From an uncultured bacterium (GTDB lineage: Bacteria; Oederibacteriota; Oederibacteriia; Oederibacteriales; Oederibacteriaceae): a stretch of DNA of 64,000 nucleotides. Location of the stretch: assembly GCA_965112635.1 (NCBI GenBank), contig OZ218778.1, positions 2,080,001 through 2,144,000 of the forward strand. The letters are read 5' to 3'. The stretch's first letter is position 1; the number at the start of each line of letters is the position of its first letter. Of the stretch, positions 1 to 9,204 are shown one piece after another. The translations under genes were made by a program, and so were the position numbers. Under the pieces are notes generated by a model. The model saw only the letters and a program-made list of their open reading frames with translations, was not told the DNA's origin and made no database searches.

Positions 1-1
1 G

Positions 2-361
2 GCCTTAAAAAATGCTATTGCGCCATTAAGGGAGTTTATGCTGAAACAAACTAGGGAAAAAGACCTAGCTTTATTTATTCACTTGTCTAAATCAAAACGA
101 CCCGCAAACCCTGATGAAGTTGAAACACTAGTGTTGATCCCAGCATTTATCATCAGTGAATTAAAAACTGCTTTTACTATGGGTTTTGTTATTTATCTCC
201 CATTTCTTGTTGTTGATATGATTGTGGCAAGTACTTTGATGTCTATGGGCATGCTTATGTTACCTCCCGTTATGATTTCTTTGCCTTTTAAGCTTTTATT
301 GTTCGTGATGATAGATGGCTGGAACTTATTAATTAGTGCTTTAATTACAAGTTTCCGTTAA
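2..361 (+). CDS. fliP: Flagellar export gate protein FliP (5' truncated by window edge)
   Basis: [58 protein letters not shown] is the FliP C-terminal signature; frame is open from position 2. Confidence 0.96.
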   Translation, partial: ALKNAIAPLREFMLKQTREKDLALFIHLSKSKRPANPDEVETLVLIPAFIISELKTAFTMGFVIYLPFLVVDMIVASTLMSMGMLMLPPVMISLPFKLLLFVMIDGWNLLISALITSFR

Positions 362-376
362 TTACAAGGGAATAAA

Positions 377-646
377 ATGACACCAGAAGTGGCTATAGAA
401 CTGGGCAATAGGTCGCTGATATTAGCGTTAATCATCTCGATGCCATTATTAGGTTTGGGCCTTGTTGTAGGGGTCATTATAAGTATTTTTCAATCAGTAA
501 CCCAAATACAAGAAATGACCTTAACCTTTGTCCCCAAGCTGCTTGTGACCCTTTTGGCTTTAATATTTATTGGTCCTTGGATGTTGTCTGTCCTAATAAA
601 CTTCACCGTGAATTTGTTCAATAATATTCCTGCTTATATAAAATAG
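377..646 (+). CDS. fliQ: Flagellar export protein FliQ
   Basis: 89 aa, QSVTQIQEMTLTFVPK motif, lies between fliP and fliR. Confidence 0.96.
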   Translation: MTPEVAIELGNRSLILALIISMPLLGLGLVVGVIISIFQSVTQIQEMTLTFVPKLLVTLLALIFIGPWMLSVLINFTVNLFNNIPAYIK

Positions 647-696
647 CGCTTGCCAATAAATCAATTCGATTGTTTTGGTTGATAGGAGAGGATGTA

Positions 697-1467
697 TTGA
701 ATTTATTATCTCTTTCTGTTGTCCAAATAGAAGTATTTTTTCTTATATTTATTAGAGTTACTACTTTATTTTTAGTTGCGCCAATTTTCAGCAGTAGGAA
801 TATCCCGCCTCAAGTGAAAATTTGGACCTCTTTTTTTATCGCCCTTATTCTATATCCGTTCGCAACAATAGGAATTCTTCCTGATACAACCTATGGATTT
901 ATACTTTTGATTGGAAGAGAGATTTTGCTTGGGCTTGTTATTGGGTCAATTATTTATTTACTCTTTGTTGGCGTTCAACTGGCCGGTCAGGTTGTTGATC
1001 TCCAAATCGGATTTGGTATAGCTAATGTTATTGACCCGTTAAATAGTATGCAAATATCCATTTTGGGGCAATTCTATTATATTGTGGCCTTGCTAATTTT
1101 TTTGTGTCTGAATGGACATTATATTTTAATAGAGGCCCTTGTAAAAAGTTTCACTTTGATTCCTCTTGGGAAATTCGTTCTTTCGGGAACATTAGTCCAT
1201 GTTTTAATTGATTTGGCTGGGAAGCTATTTATGGTAGCGCTGCAAATTGGCGGTCCGGTAATGATTGTTCTGCTCCTCACTAATATCGCTTTCGGTATTA
1301 TTGCTCGAACAATACCTCAACTAAATATTTTAATGACTGGTTTGCCAATTAATGCTCTTGTCGGAATAATTACAATATTGCTAACCATGGCTTTTTTCTT
1401 GCCTTTCTTTCAAAATATTATCAAAATGATGTGGGAGAATGTAAATTTTGTTTTGATAAAAAGCTGA
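697..1467 (+). CDS. fliR: Flagellar export protein FliR
   Basis: APIFS, AGQVVDLQIGFG, PQLNI motifs; polytopic; TTG start at 697 chosen from the GGAGAGG RBS. Confidence 0.94.
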   Translation: MNLLSLSVVQIEVFFLIFIRVTTLFLVAPIFSSRNIPPQVKIWTSFFIALILYPFATIGILPDTTYGFILLIGREILLGLVIGSIIYLLFVGVQLAGQVVDLQIGFGIANVIDPLNSMQISILGQFYYIVALLIFLCLNGHYILIEALVKSFTLIPLGKFVLSGTLVHVLIDLAGKLFMVALQIGGPVMIVLLLTNIAFGIIARTIPQLNILMTGLPINALVGIITILLTMAFFLPFFQNIIKMMWENVNFVLIKS

Positions 1468-1522
1468 CCAATTTAACTTATTGCAGTCGGTTAAATCAAA
1501 TCTGCATTGCAGGTGAAATCAA

Positions 1523-2656
1523 ATGGCTGATCCTGAAAGAACTGAACCGGCAACCCCTAGGCATAGGGAAGAAGTCAGAAAAAGAGGCCAGATTGCAAAA
1601 AGCGCCGAGGTCAATGCAGTTTTAGTATTAATCAGCGCTTTGGTTTATTTTAACATCGAAGGTAATGTTTTTTATGAACAAATAGCTTCTTTAATGAAAA
1701 AACATATTGGTCAAATTGCCAATGTTCAGATCTATCAGGATAATTTTGCAAATAATTTTCAGACGTTTATGGTCCATTTTGTTGTTTTGCTATTCCCCTT
1801 TTTGCTAATTGTTCTCCTGGCGGCGATATTTGCTAATGTAATTCAGTTTGGGTTTTTATTTTCCGTAACTCCTCTTACTCCCAAATGGGAGAATCTCAGT
1901 GCTGTAACAGGTTTCAAGAGGATATTTTCTTTAAGAACATTTGCTGAGCTGATAAAATCTTTATTGAAGATAGGAATTATTGTTGGCATAACTTTTGTTA
2001 CATTAAAAAAAGAAATCCCAACCATTTTATTGGCTGGAGGAACCGATAAGCAGGCATTCGCTTATTTTTTTGCATCGATCATTTTCAAGCTTTGTTTAAG
2101 GTTGTTATTGGCCCTACTTGTGATTGCTATATTAGATTTTATTTATCAAAAATGGCAATATGAGCAAAGTATTCGAATGACAAGGCAGGAAATTAGAGAC
2201 GAGATGAAGCAAACTGAGGGCGATCCTTATATAAAAAGCAGGATAAGATCTATTCAGCGGGAGATGGCGCGCAGAAGGATGATGGAAGATTTACCGAGCG
2301 CCGATGTTGTTATTACAAACCCAACCCATTTAGCTGTGGCACTAAGGTATAAAGATGACGAAAAGAAACACGGAGGCGCTCCAGTAGTGGTCGCCAAGGG
2401 TACTCGTTTAGTGGCCGAAAGGATTAAAATGGATGCTTTTAAATTTAGGATACCTGTGATAGAAAATAGAGTCCTTGCCAAATCGCTGTTTGACACAACA
2501 GAAATCGGGCAAAGAATCCCGGTTGATCTTTATAAAACGGTTGCTGAAATCATAGCGTTTATATACAGGCTGAGAGAACATGGGGATATGCATACTGTGA
2601 AATTAGAGGGGCCATCCTTGTTGATTAGTCCTTCGTTGTTACAAAAAGAGGTTTGA
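1523..2656 (+). CDS. flhB: Flagellar export switch protein FlhB
   Basis: RTEPATP N-terminus, EGDP, intact NPTH autocleavage motif, APVVVAKG. Confidence 0.96.
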   Translation: MADPERTEPATPRHREEVRKRGQIAKSAEVNAVLVLISALVYFNIEGNVFYEQIASLMKKHIGQIANVQIYQDNFANNFQTFMVHFVVLLFPFLLIVLLAAIFANVIQFGFLFSVTPLTPKWENLSAVTGFKRIFSLRTFAELIKSLLKIGIIVGITFVTLKKEIPTILLAGGTDKQAFAYFFASIIFKLCLRLLLALLVIAILDFIYQKWQYEQSIRMTRQEIRDEMKQTEGDPYIKSRIRSIQREMARRRMMEDLPSADVVITNPTHLAVALRYKDDEKKHGGAPVVVAKGTRLVAERIKMDAFKFRIPVIENRVLAKSLFDTTEIGQRIPVDLYKTVAEIIAFIYRLREHGDMHTVKLEGPSLLISPSLLQKEV

Positions 2657-2660
2657 TGTT

Positions 2661-4763
2661 ATGCCAGGTGAAAATTTAGCTCTACCTTCTATGAACAATT
2701 GGACCAAATATAGCGATGTTATTTTGTCGATTGCTGTTGTTGTGGTGGTTGTGATGATGATAGTGCCTCTGCCGCCTATCATGTTGGATCTTTTGCTGAC
2801 TTTGAATATAACGGCGGCTCTAACTATTTTATTGGTCACGATGTATACGCTTGAGCCCCTTCAATTCTCCGTATTTCCTTCGCTTCTTTTAATCGCAACT
2901 ATTTTCAGATTGGCCCTAAATGTTTCTGCCACACGTCTTGTCCTTGCCAATGCCTACGCAGGCGAAGTCATTAAGATTTTCGGAAGTTTCGTGGTTGGTG
3001 GTGGCGGTGATATCACAGCCGTGGTGGTTGGTGCGGTCATATTCCTGATCATCGTAGTTATTCAATTTGTTGTTATCACCAGCGGTGCTCAGCGTGTGGC
3101 TGAGGTTGCTGCGCGTTTTACCTTAGATGCTATGCCTGGCAAACAAATGGCAATTGACGCGGATCTAAATGCGGGATTGATCACGGACGATGAGGCTAGG
3201 GCGAGACGCCGGGGTATTGAAAAGGAGGCAGATTTTTATGGGGCCATGGATGGCGCGAGTAAATTCGTTCGTGGAGACGCCATCGCGGCAATTATTATTA
3301 CCATTATTAATATTATTGCCGGTCTGGCCATCGGTGTAACCTTAAAGGGTTTCGCGCCCAGTGTGGCTGTATTGACCTACACTATCCTGACAATTGGCGA
3401 AGGCCTGGTGACTCAGATTCCCGCCCTTTTGCTTTCCACAGCCACCGGTTTGATTGTCACAAGAGCGGCTTCTGAGTCCAATCTTGGGCAAGACCTTTCC
3501 AGGCAAATCATTCATCAGCCTAGGGTTTTCTATGTTGTTGCAGCGGTATTATTTGTCTTTGGTCTTATTTTTCCATCGTGGATCAAAGTGCCTTTTATTA
3601 TGATCGCAATTTTATGTGCCATTGGAGCATATCTTATGTCCAAAGCTTATAGCCAAGAAATTGTTTTAAAAGAGTCCAAGGCAAAAGAGCAAAAGGAGGC
3701 TGTTAAAACTCCAGAAGACATGGTTCCGTTGTTACAAGTGGATCCTTTAGAGATCGAGCTCGGATACGCGCTTATTCCTTTAGTTGAAGTGTCTCAAGGG
3801 GGCGATTTGTTAGATCGGATCACAAATATTAGAAAACAAATTGCGTTAGATTTGGGGCTGGTAGTCCCACCCATACGGGTGAGGGATAATGTCCAATTAA
3901 AGCCTACCTATTATCTTATCAAAATAAAAGGCGCTGAAGTTGCAAAGGGCGAAATCGTTTTGGGACATTATCTTGCCATTAACTCTGGCGCTGTTACTGA
4001 GAATATTTCTGGCATACCGACCAAAGAGCCGACCTTCGGTCTTCCTGCCCAATGGATCACAGAAGCTGAAAAAGAAAAGGCAGAACTTGCCGGCTATACT
4101 GTTGTCGACGCCACAGCAGTTATTGCCACACATCTTACAGAGGTAATCAGGTTCAATGCAGATTTATTATTAGGGCGCCAAGAAGTTCAAAAACTGATCG
4201 ATCATGTGAAACGGACAAATCCAGCAGTAGTAGAAGAGTTGACGCCTTCTTTGATGATGATAGGAGAGATCCAAAAGGTTTTAAAAAATTTATTAAAGGA
4301 GAAAGTTTCCATCAGAGATTTGGTGACTATTTTCGAAGCATTAGCCGACCAGGCCAGGAATACCAAGGATTTAGAAACATTAACGGAATATGCGCGGCAG
4401 GCATGCAATCGTTCTATCACAAAACAGTACCTCAATGAGGAGGGTAAATTGCCTGCGTTGACCCTTGATCCAAAACTAGAACAAATCATCCAGGAAAGTA
4501 TACAACAAACCGAGAGAGGTTATGTGCTGGCTATCGAACCAAAAGTCGGGAGGCAGATCTTCAGTAGTCTAGCCAGAGAAATTGAAAGGATTGCCAGGGA
4601 AGGTTTTTTGCCTGTATTATTGTGTGCTCCTGTTATTAGACCCTTTTTGAAAAGATTTGTTGAAAAAATATTGCCCAATCTAGTTATTTTATCGTTTAAT
4701 GATATATCTTCTAATGTCGAAGTCCAATCCTTGGGAATTGTAGGTATTCCAAATGAAAATTAA
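2661..4763 (+). CDS. flhA: Flagellar export protein FlhA
   Basis: RVAEVAARFTLDAMPGKQMAIDADL and FYGAMDGASKFVRGDA FHIPEP motifs, 700 aa. Confidence 0.97.
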   Translation: MPGENLALPSMNNWTKYSDVILSIAVVVVVVMMIVPLPPIMLDLLLTLNITAALTILLVTMYTLEPLQFSVFPSLLLIATIFRLALNVSATRLVLANAYAGEVIKIFGSFVVGGGGDITAVVVGAVIFLIIVVIQFVVITSGAQRVAEVAARFTLDAMPGKQMAIDADLNAGLITDDEARARRRGIEKEADFYGAMDGASKFVRGDAIAAIIITIINIIAGLAIGVTLKGFAPSVAVLTYTILTIGEGLVTQIPALLLSTATGLIVTRAASESNLGQDLSRQIIHQPRVFYVVAAVLFVFGLIFPSWIKVPFIMIAILCAIGAYLMSKAYSQEIVLKESKAKEQKEAVKTPEDMVPLLQVDPLEIELGYALIPLVEVSQGGDLLDRITNIRKQIALDLGLVVPPIRVRDNVQLKPTYYLIKIKGAEVAKGEIVLGHYLAINSGAVTENISGIPTKEPTFGLPAQWITEAEKEKAELAGYTVVDATAVIATHLTEVIRFNADLLLGRQEVQKLIDHVKRTNPAVVEELTPSLMMIGEIQKVLKNLLKEKVSIRDLVTIFEALADQARNTKDLETLTEYARQACNRSITKQYLNEEGKLPALTLDPKLEQIIQESIQQTERGYVLAIEPKVGRQIFSSLAREIERIAREGFLPVLLCAPVIRPFLKRFVEKILPNLVILSFNDISSNVEVQSLGIVGIPNEN

Positions 4764-5943
4764 AAGATTTACCGGCAATTCAATTCAGGAGGTTTTTGCC
4801 AAGGTTAAGATGGAAGTCGGCCCAGATGCAGTCATTTTAAACAATAGGCAAGTCAGGGAAGGTGGTATTTTTGGTCTTTTTAGCAAAAAGATCGTTGAGG
4901 TTACTGTTGATCTGGGTGTGGAAAAAAAGAAGGAAACTCCAGGAAGATTTGCTTTTTTCCCTTCGATAAAAAAAGTGTTTGGAAAGAAGGATGTTAACGT
5001 CTCGTCGCAGAAGGAGGATTTGAACCCCAAGTCTTCCAATGCTCTTGGAAATCCTCCTTCATGGCAAACCCCTATTTTACAAAGTGAATTGAATGAGATG
5101 AAAGTAATTTTGCGTCCTAAATTAAAAATCAAAGGCCATGAAGAAAATACCAATTTATCGTTACCCTTCCAGAAGATGTTCCAATCTCTTTTACATCGCG
5201 GAGTCCATGAAGATATAGCTAAATCGTTATTAAGGCAACTCGAAGCAGAATCCCCCCAATTTTTTTCAGATTCTCAATTGCAGGCTCAGAAAGCTTTTAG
5301 AGAATGGCTGATTCCTTATATAAAAACTTCAGGACCCATAAAAGTTGTTTCCGGAAAGAGTAAAATTGTCGCAGTGATAGGGCCAACCGGAGTGGGTAAA
5401 ACAACAACGCTAGCCAAGTTAGCCGCTCATTACTCTTTAAAAGAAAACCGGAAGATAGCGTTAGTTACTTTAGACACCTATAGAATTGCAGCCGTAGAGC
5501 AGCTAAGAACCTATGCAAAAATCTTAGATGTTGGCCTTGGTGTAGCTACGAAGCCACAAGAGCTGAGCATTATATTTAATAATTTTAAAGATAGAGATTT
5601 AATTCTTATGGATACAGCTGGAATGAGTCCTTACGGCTCTCGCCAACTGAAAGATTTGCAGGAGTTGTTCAGGGGTTGGAATGTCGAAATATATTTATTA
5701 ATTTCGGCAATAACAAATTTTAGCGATATGAAAACCATATATGATCATTTTTCTGTTCTCCCATTGAAAAGGGTAATCATTACAAAAGTTGACGAAACTA
5801 AAAACCACGGAGTTTTGCTTAATGCTGCAATCCAATTTCCCATCCCCATTTCCTATCTTACTATTGGCCAAAATGTTCCTCAGGATATAGAAATTGCTGA
5901 TCCAAGTCGAATAGCAAGATATATCATTGATAATCGCCCATAA
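4753..5943 (+). CDS. flhF: SRP-type GTPase FlhF
   Basis: MKIKRF...VGPDAVIL N-terminus, GPTGVGKTTT, DTYR, DTAG, TKVDE, GQNVP; overlaps the flhA stop. Confidence 0.94.
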   Translation: MKIKRFTGNSIQEVFAKVKMEVGPDAVILNNRQVREGGIFGLFSKKIVEVTVDLGVEKKKETPGRFAFFPSIKKVFGKKDVNVSSQKEDLNPKSSNALGNPPSWQTPILQSELNEMKVILRPKLKIKGHEENTNLSLPFQKMFQSLLHRGVHEDIAKSLLRQLEAESPQFFSDSQLQAQKAFREWLIPYIKTSGPIKVVSGKSKIVAVIGPTGVGKTTTLAKLAAHYSLKENRKIALVTLDTYRIAAVEQLRTYAKILDVGLGVATKPQELSIIFNNFKDRDLILMDTAGMSPYGSRQLKDLQELFRGWNVEIYLLISAITNFSDMKTIYDHFSVLPLKRVIITKVDETKNHGVLLNAAIQFPIPISYLTIGQNVPQDIEIADPSRIARYIIDNRP

Positions 5944-6070
5944 TAGACTCAACCCAATCTCAGGTGCCGCGTTGTACTGACAAAAAAATAAGACCTTTGT
6001 ATTTTTAGATGTACTCAAAATGATTTTCAATCCGAATTAATTATATTAAGAGATTTTGCTGAGGGAAAAT

Positions 6071-6514
6071 ATGAGCAATAAGTCTGTCCAAAAGATGCTT
6101 TTGTTGAAAGTGGGCATATATAGCGGAACAATTTCGGGCGCCTTGGTTGGATTAGCCTTTCTAGTTAATGGAAAAGATTTGAAGTACTTGCCGTTATGGT
6201 TGATTGTTTCTTTGTTATTTTTTGGTTTGTTAGGTTATCTATTCATAATAGCAATTGATGAATTTTGTGTTGATTTAGGGGTAAACCCAAGGGATTTTAT
6301 TTCAAAACAAAACAAGGATCAAGTTAAAAAAAATATCAATTATAACGATAACAAATATGCCGGAGTGCCTGTTGAAGGAATAGGCATAAATAATGGTGAG
6401 ACCTTTACAAAGCAAAAGCAAAACATTATTGGCTCAGAAAAACCCCAAGATGACATTAAACCATTTGATTTTGCTGAAATTACGGCAAGAAATGATAGCG
6501 GCTCGGAGGTTTGA
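6071..6514 (+). CDS. Hypothetical two-TM membrane protein in flagellar cluster
   Basis: Two hydrophobic helices then a polar tail; GAGGG RBS before ATG 6071. Confidence 0.7.
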   Translation: MSNKSVQKMLLLKVGIYSGTISGALVGLAFLVNGKDLKYLPLWLIVSLLFFGLLGYLFIIAIDEFCVDLGVNPRDFISKQNKDQVKKNINYNDNKYAGVPVEGIGINNGETFTKQKQNIIGSEKPQDDIKPFDFAEITARNDSGSEV

Positions 6515-6600
6515 TTTTTCATCAATGTTTGATATAGTTTGAATGGCATTTCTTGGAAATATTTAGTTATCTGTTTTCTTGATTTTAGTGAAGAAAGAGG

Positions 6601-8085
6601 ATGCTTGTGGAAAATAAACCTAGTATACCCGCCAACAATACCGACAGCCAGCAGAGACCCAAAGGCAAAATAGATTCACAAGTGTTTATTCAAGTTTCCA
6701 AAGATGAAAGTTCGGCTACCATTACAGTAATACCTCCTCAGCCGGGTGGAAAGTTAGTCGCTGAAGAGGATATTCGTTTGGCTCTAGCTACTGCGGGTGT
6801 TGTTTATGGAGTCAAGGAGGAAACCGTTGCGAATATTATTGCAAATCCCCCCAAAGATGATGTTCTTGAAACAGTCATTGCGACTGGAGAAAAGGGGGAG
6901 CCAGGGGTTGACGCTTCGATAGAATTTTTTATCGATATAAACAAGAAAGAAAAAGAGCTGAAGCCTGAAGAATTAGAAGACGGACGCATTGACTATTACA
7001 ATATCAGTTCGATCCAAAATGTAACCAAGGGGAAGCAGTTAGCCAGGAAGATCCCGGCTACCCCAGGAAAGCCTGGAAAGTCCGTCACCGGTAAAGAAAC
7101 ACCTCCTGTGCCCGGTAAAGATATTTCTGTTGTTGTGAGCAAGGGTGTTGAAAAATCGCCAGATGATGAGAATTTGTTCTTAGCGGCAATCGATGGCCAA
7201 GTCGCCTATAACGACAAGAAGTTGCAGGTTCTCTCCATCTATGAAGTAAAGGGTGATGTAGATTTTTCCATTGGCAATATTGATTTTGTAGGGAGCGTCA
7301 TTGTTCATGGAAATGTGAAGGATGATTTTAAAATTCAGGCGGGCGGTGATATTTTAGTTGACGGAGTCGTGGAGGGAGCGCAGGTCATTAGTAGCGGCAA
7401 GGTCACTTTAAAGGGTGGAGTGTTAGGTCACGACCATGCCATTATTAAAGCCAAGGGAGATATTGTTGCAAAATATTTGCGTAATTGCACCGCTGAGACA
7501 GAAAAAAATATCGTAGTCAATGAAGCCATCATGCATAGTAAAGTAACGGCTGGTGAGAAGATCGTTGTTTCCGGGAAAAAGGGGCTGATTGTGGGAGGGT
7601 TAACCATCGCTGGATCCGAAATCACAGCGAAAGTTTACGGCTCCAACTTCGCAACTTTAACTGAGCTTGAGGTGGGGACTAAACCCCAGACCCGCGAGGA
7701 AGTCCTAGAGCTGACTGCAAAAATTCAACATACCGAACAGGAGTTGGATAAAATCAAAAAAGGCCTGGCCTTTTTAAAGGAGTTGGCTACAAAGACCCCA
7801 GGGGGGCTTCCTGCGCCCCGCAAAGAAATGATGGCCAAGCTAACTCGAAATCAGTTCAGTTTGATCGCTGAGCTCAAGCCCCTCCAGGAACAGTTGGTAA
7901 CACTGGAGAGAGAGGAAGAAAAGATCCGGCTTACTAAAAAAGGCCGGATAATAGTCATGGGAATGATGAATACCGGTGTAAAGATCACCATTCAAAAGGC
8001 TTACAGACAGGTCAATGAAGAGCTTAAATATTGCACAATTCTTGAGGATAACGGTGAGATCAAAATAGGTCCCTACAAGGGATAA
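6601..8085 (+). CDS. FapA/DUF342 family flagellar assembly protein
   Basis: DGRIDYY, PATPGKPGKSVTG, VKGDVDFSIGNIDFVGSV beta-helix repeats, C-terminal coiled coil. Confidence 0.9.
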   Translation: MLVENKPSIPANNTDSQQRPKGKIDSQVFIQVSKDESSATITVIPPQPGGKLVAEEDIRLALATAGVVYGVKEETVANIIANPPKDDVLETVIATGEKGEPGVDASIEFFIDINKKEKELKPEELEDGRIDYYNISSIQNVTKGKQLARKIPATPGKPGKSVTGKETPPVPGKDISVVVSKGVEKSPDDENLFLAAIDGQVAYNDKKLQVLSIYEVKGDVDFSIGNIDFVGSVIVHGNVKDDFKIQAGGDILVDGVVEGAQVISSGKVTLKGGVLGHDHAIIKAKGDIVAKYLRNCTAETEKNIVVNEAIMHSKVTAGEKIVVSGKKGLIVGGLTIAGSEITAKVYGSNFATLTELEVGTKPQTREEVLELTAKIQHTEQELDKIKKGLAFLKELATKTPGGLPAPRKEMMAKLTRNQFSLIAELKPLQEQLVTLEREEEKIRLTKKGRIIVMGMMNTGVKITIQKAYRQVNEELKYCTILEDNGEIKIGPYKG

Positions 8086-8094
8086 AGGATCTTT

Positions 8095-8427
8095 ATGGTT
8101 AGACCGATCGATATCCAGAATATTTATTTTAGAACCGCCGATCTAGAAAAAATGCAGCAGAACCAACAGCAACAGATGAGTAACCAGCAGGTGGGCCTAG
8201 GTTCTGAGTTCCAGAAAAGGGTCGTCCAAAGGCAGGCCCAGGTCCGGCAAACTAACCCTTCAGGCAAAATTGAAGCAACAGAAGAAAAAAACGCCAACCC
8301 CTCAAGACGGAAGAGAAGCCAGCCTTATCGCAGGAATAAATCATTAAAACAAAACAGTGAGTCTGGCAGCGAAAGCGATTCTGCGTCTCCTGATGCTCAA
8401 CAGAGCGGTTTCAATTCGCTAGCATAG
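8095..8427 (+). CDS. Gln-rich hypothetical protein following DUF342
   Basis: MVRPIDIQ start, low-complexity Q/S body; typical position downstream of DUF342. Confidence 0.7.
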   Translation: MVRPIDIQNIYFRTADLEKMQQNQQQQMSNQQVGLGSEFQKRVVQRQAQVRQTNPSGKIEATEEKNANPSRRKRSQPYRRNKSLKQNSESGSESDSASPDAQQSGFNSLA

Positions 8428-8520
8428 TTAGGCGGGCCTAGGCGCTAGGGCTCAGGTTATTAGCGATGATTAGATTAGGAAAGCGCACGCATGGTTTAAA
8501 TACCTTGTGTACAATAAAAT

Positions 8521-8544
8521 AAGGAAGGGCAACCTTCCTTTTTT
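8521..8544 (+). terminator. Intrinsic terminator
   Basis: AAGGAAGG-GCAA-CCTTCCTT 8-bp stem with GNRA loop followed by a T run. Confidence 0.75.
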
Positions 8545-8561
8545 CTTTAGGGAGAATAATT

Positions 8562-9191
8562 ATGTATTATATTTTTGTAGTCCTTCAAATCACTATAGAT
8601 TGTTGTTTCGTGGGTTTACTTCTGCATTATATCTATCGTCTGGTCAAGCCGTCTGGAAGCTCCATAATCTATAAGGAATTTTTGGAAATGCAAGATAACA
8701 TCACCGAGCTTACCTTAGAACTTAACAAAATTAGCCAGCTGACATCTGGTGATATTGAAAAAAAACTTGGGCAATTAAAAAAATTTGTTGAAGCGGCTGA
8801 CCGCAGAATTGAAAAAATAAAGAAAGCAGCTTCACAGGGTCATCTTACATTAGAGAAAAATGAGAAAACCCATAAACAAACGGTCAACACGCAGCCCCCT
8901 TCGGTCCCTCAGGCTGAGCCGTTGGGCAGTTCTAGCCAGAATAAATTCCAGACACCGGAGCCTGCCAAATGGGCTTCTCGCTCTGGTGCGACAGGGCAGA
9001 ACAAAGTTGATTTGCAGAAAATAACAGAAAAAATCAATCCTCCCAAACCCAAACCATTAAAAAAGAAAAAGTATTTAATGGTTACTGAGTTATTTGCCAA
9101 AGGGAAAAATGCCAAACAGATTTCTGAGCTCCTTAGTATGAACGAAGGGGAAGTGCAGCTCATTCTAAATTTAAATAACAAAAACCTTTAG
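8562..9191 (+). CDS. Membrane-anchored coiled-coil protein with C-terminal HTH-like motif (DUF6115/DUF2802-like)
   Basis: N-terminal TM, coiled coil, GKNAKQISELLSMNEGEVQLILNL ending. Confidence 0.75.
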   Translation: MYYIFVVLQITIDCCFVGLLLHYIYRLVKPSGSSIIYKEFLEMQDNITELTLELNKISQLTSGDIEKKLGQLKKFVEAADRRIEKIKKAASQGHLTLEKNEKTHKQTVNTQPPSVPQAEPLGSSSQNKFQTPEPAKWASRSGATGQNKVDLQKITEKINPPKPKPLKKKKYLMVTELFAKGKNAKQISELLSMNEGEVQLILNLNNKNL

Positions 9192-9204
9192 TGGAGGAAT
9201 TGCC

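Noticed and set aside
8425-8450. TAG read-through (pyrrolysine) aided by the hairpin
   Set aside because: Another in-frame TAG follows within seven codons; no pyl genes in the window
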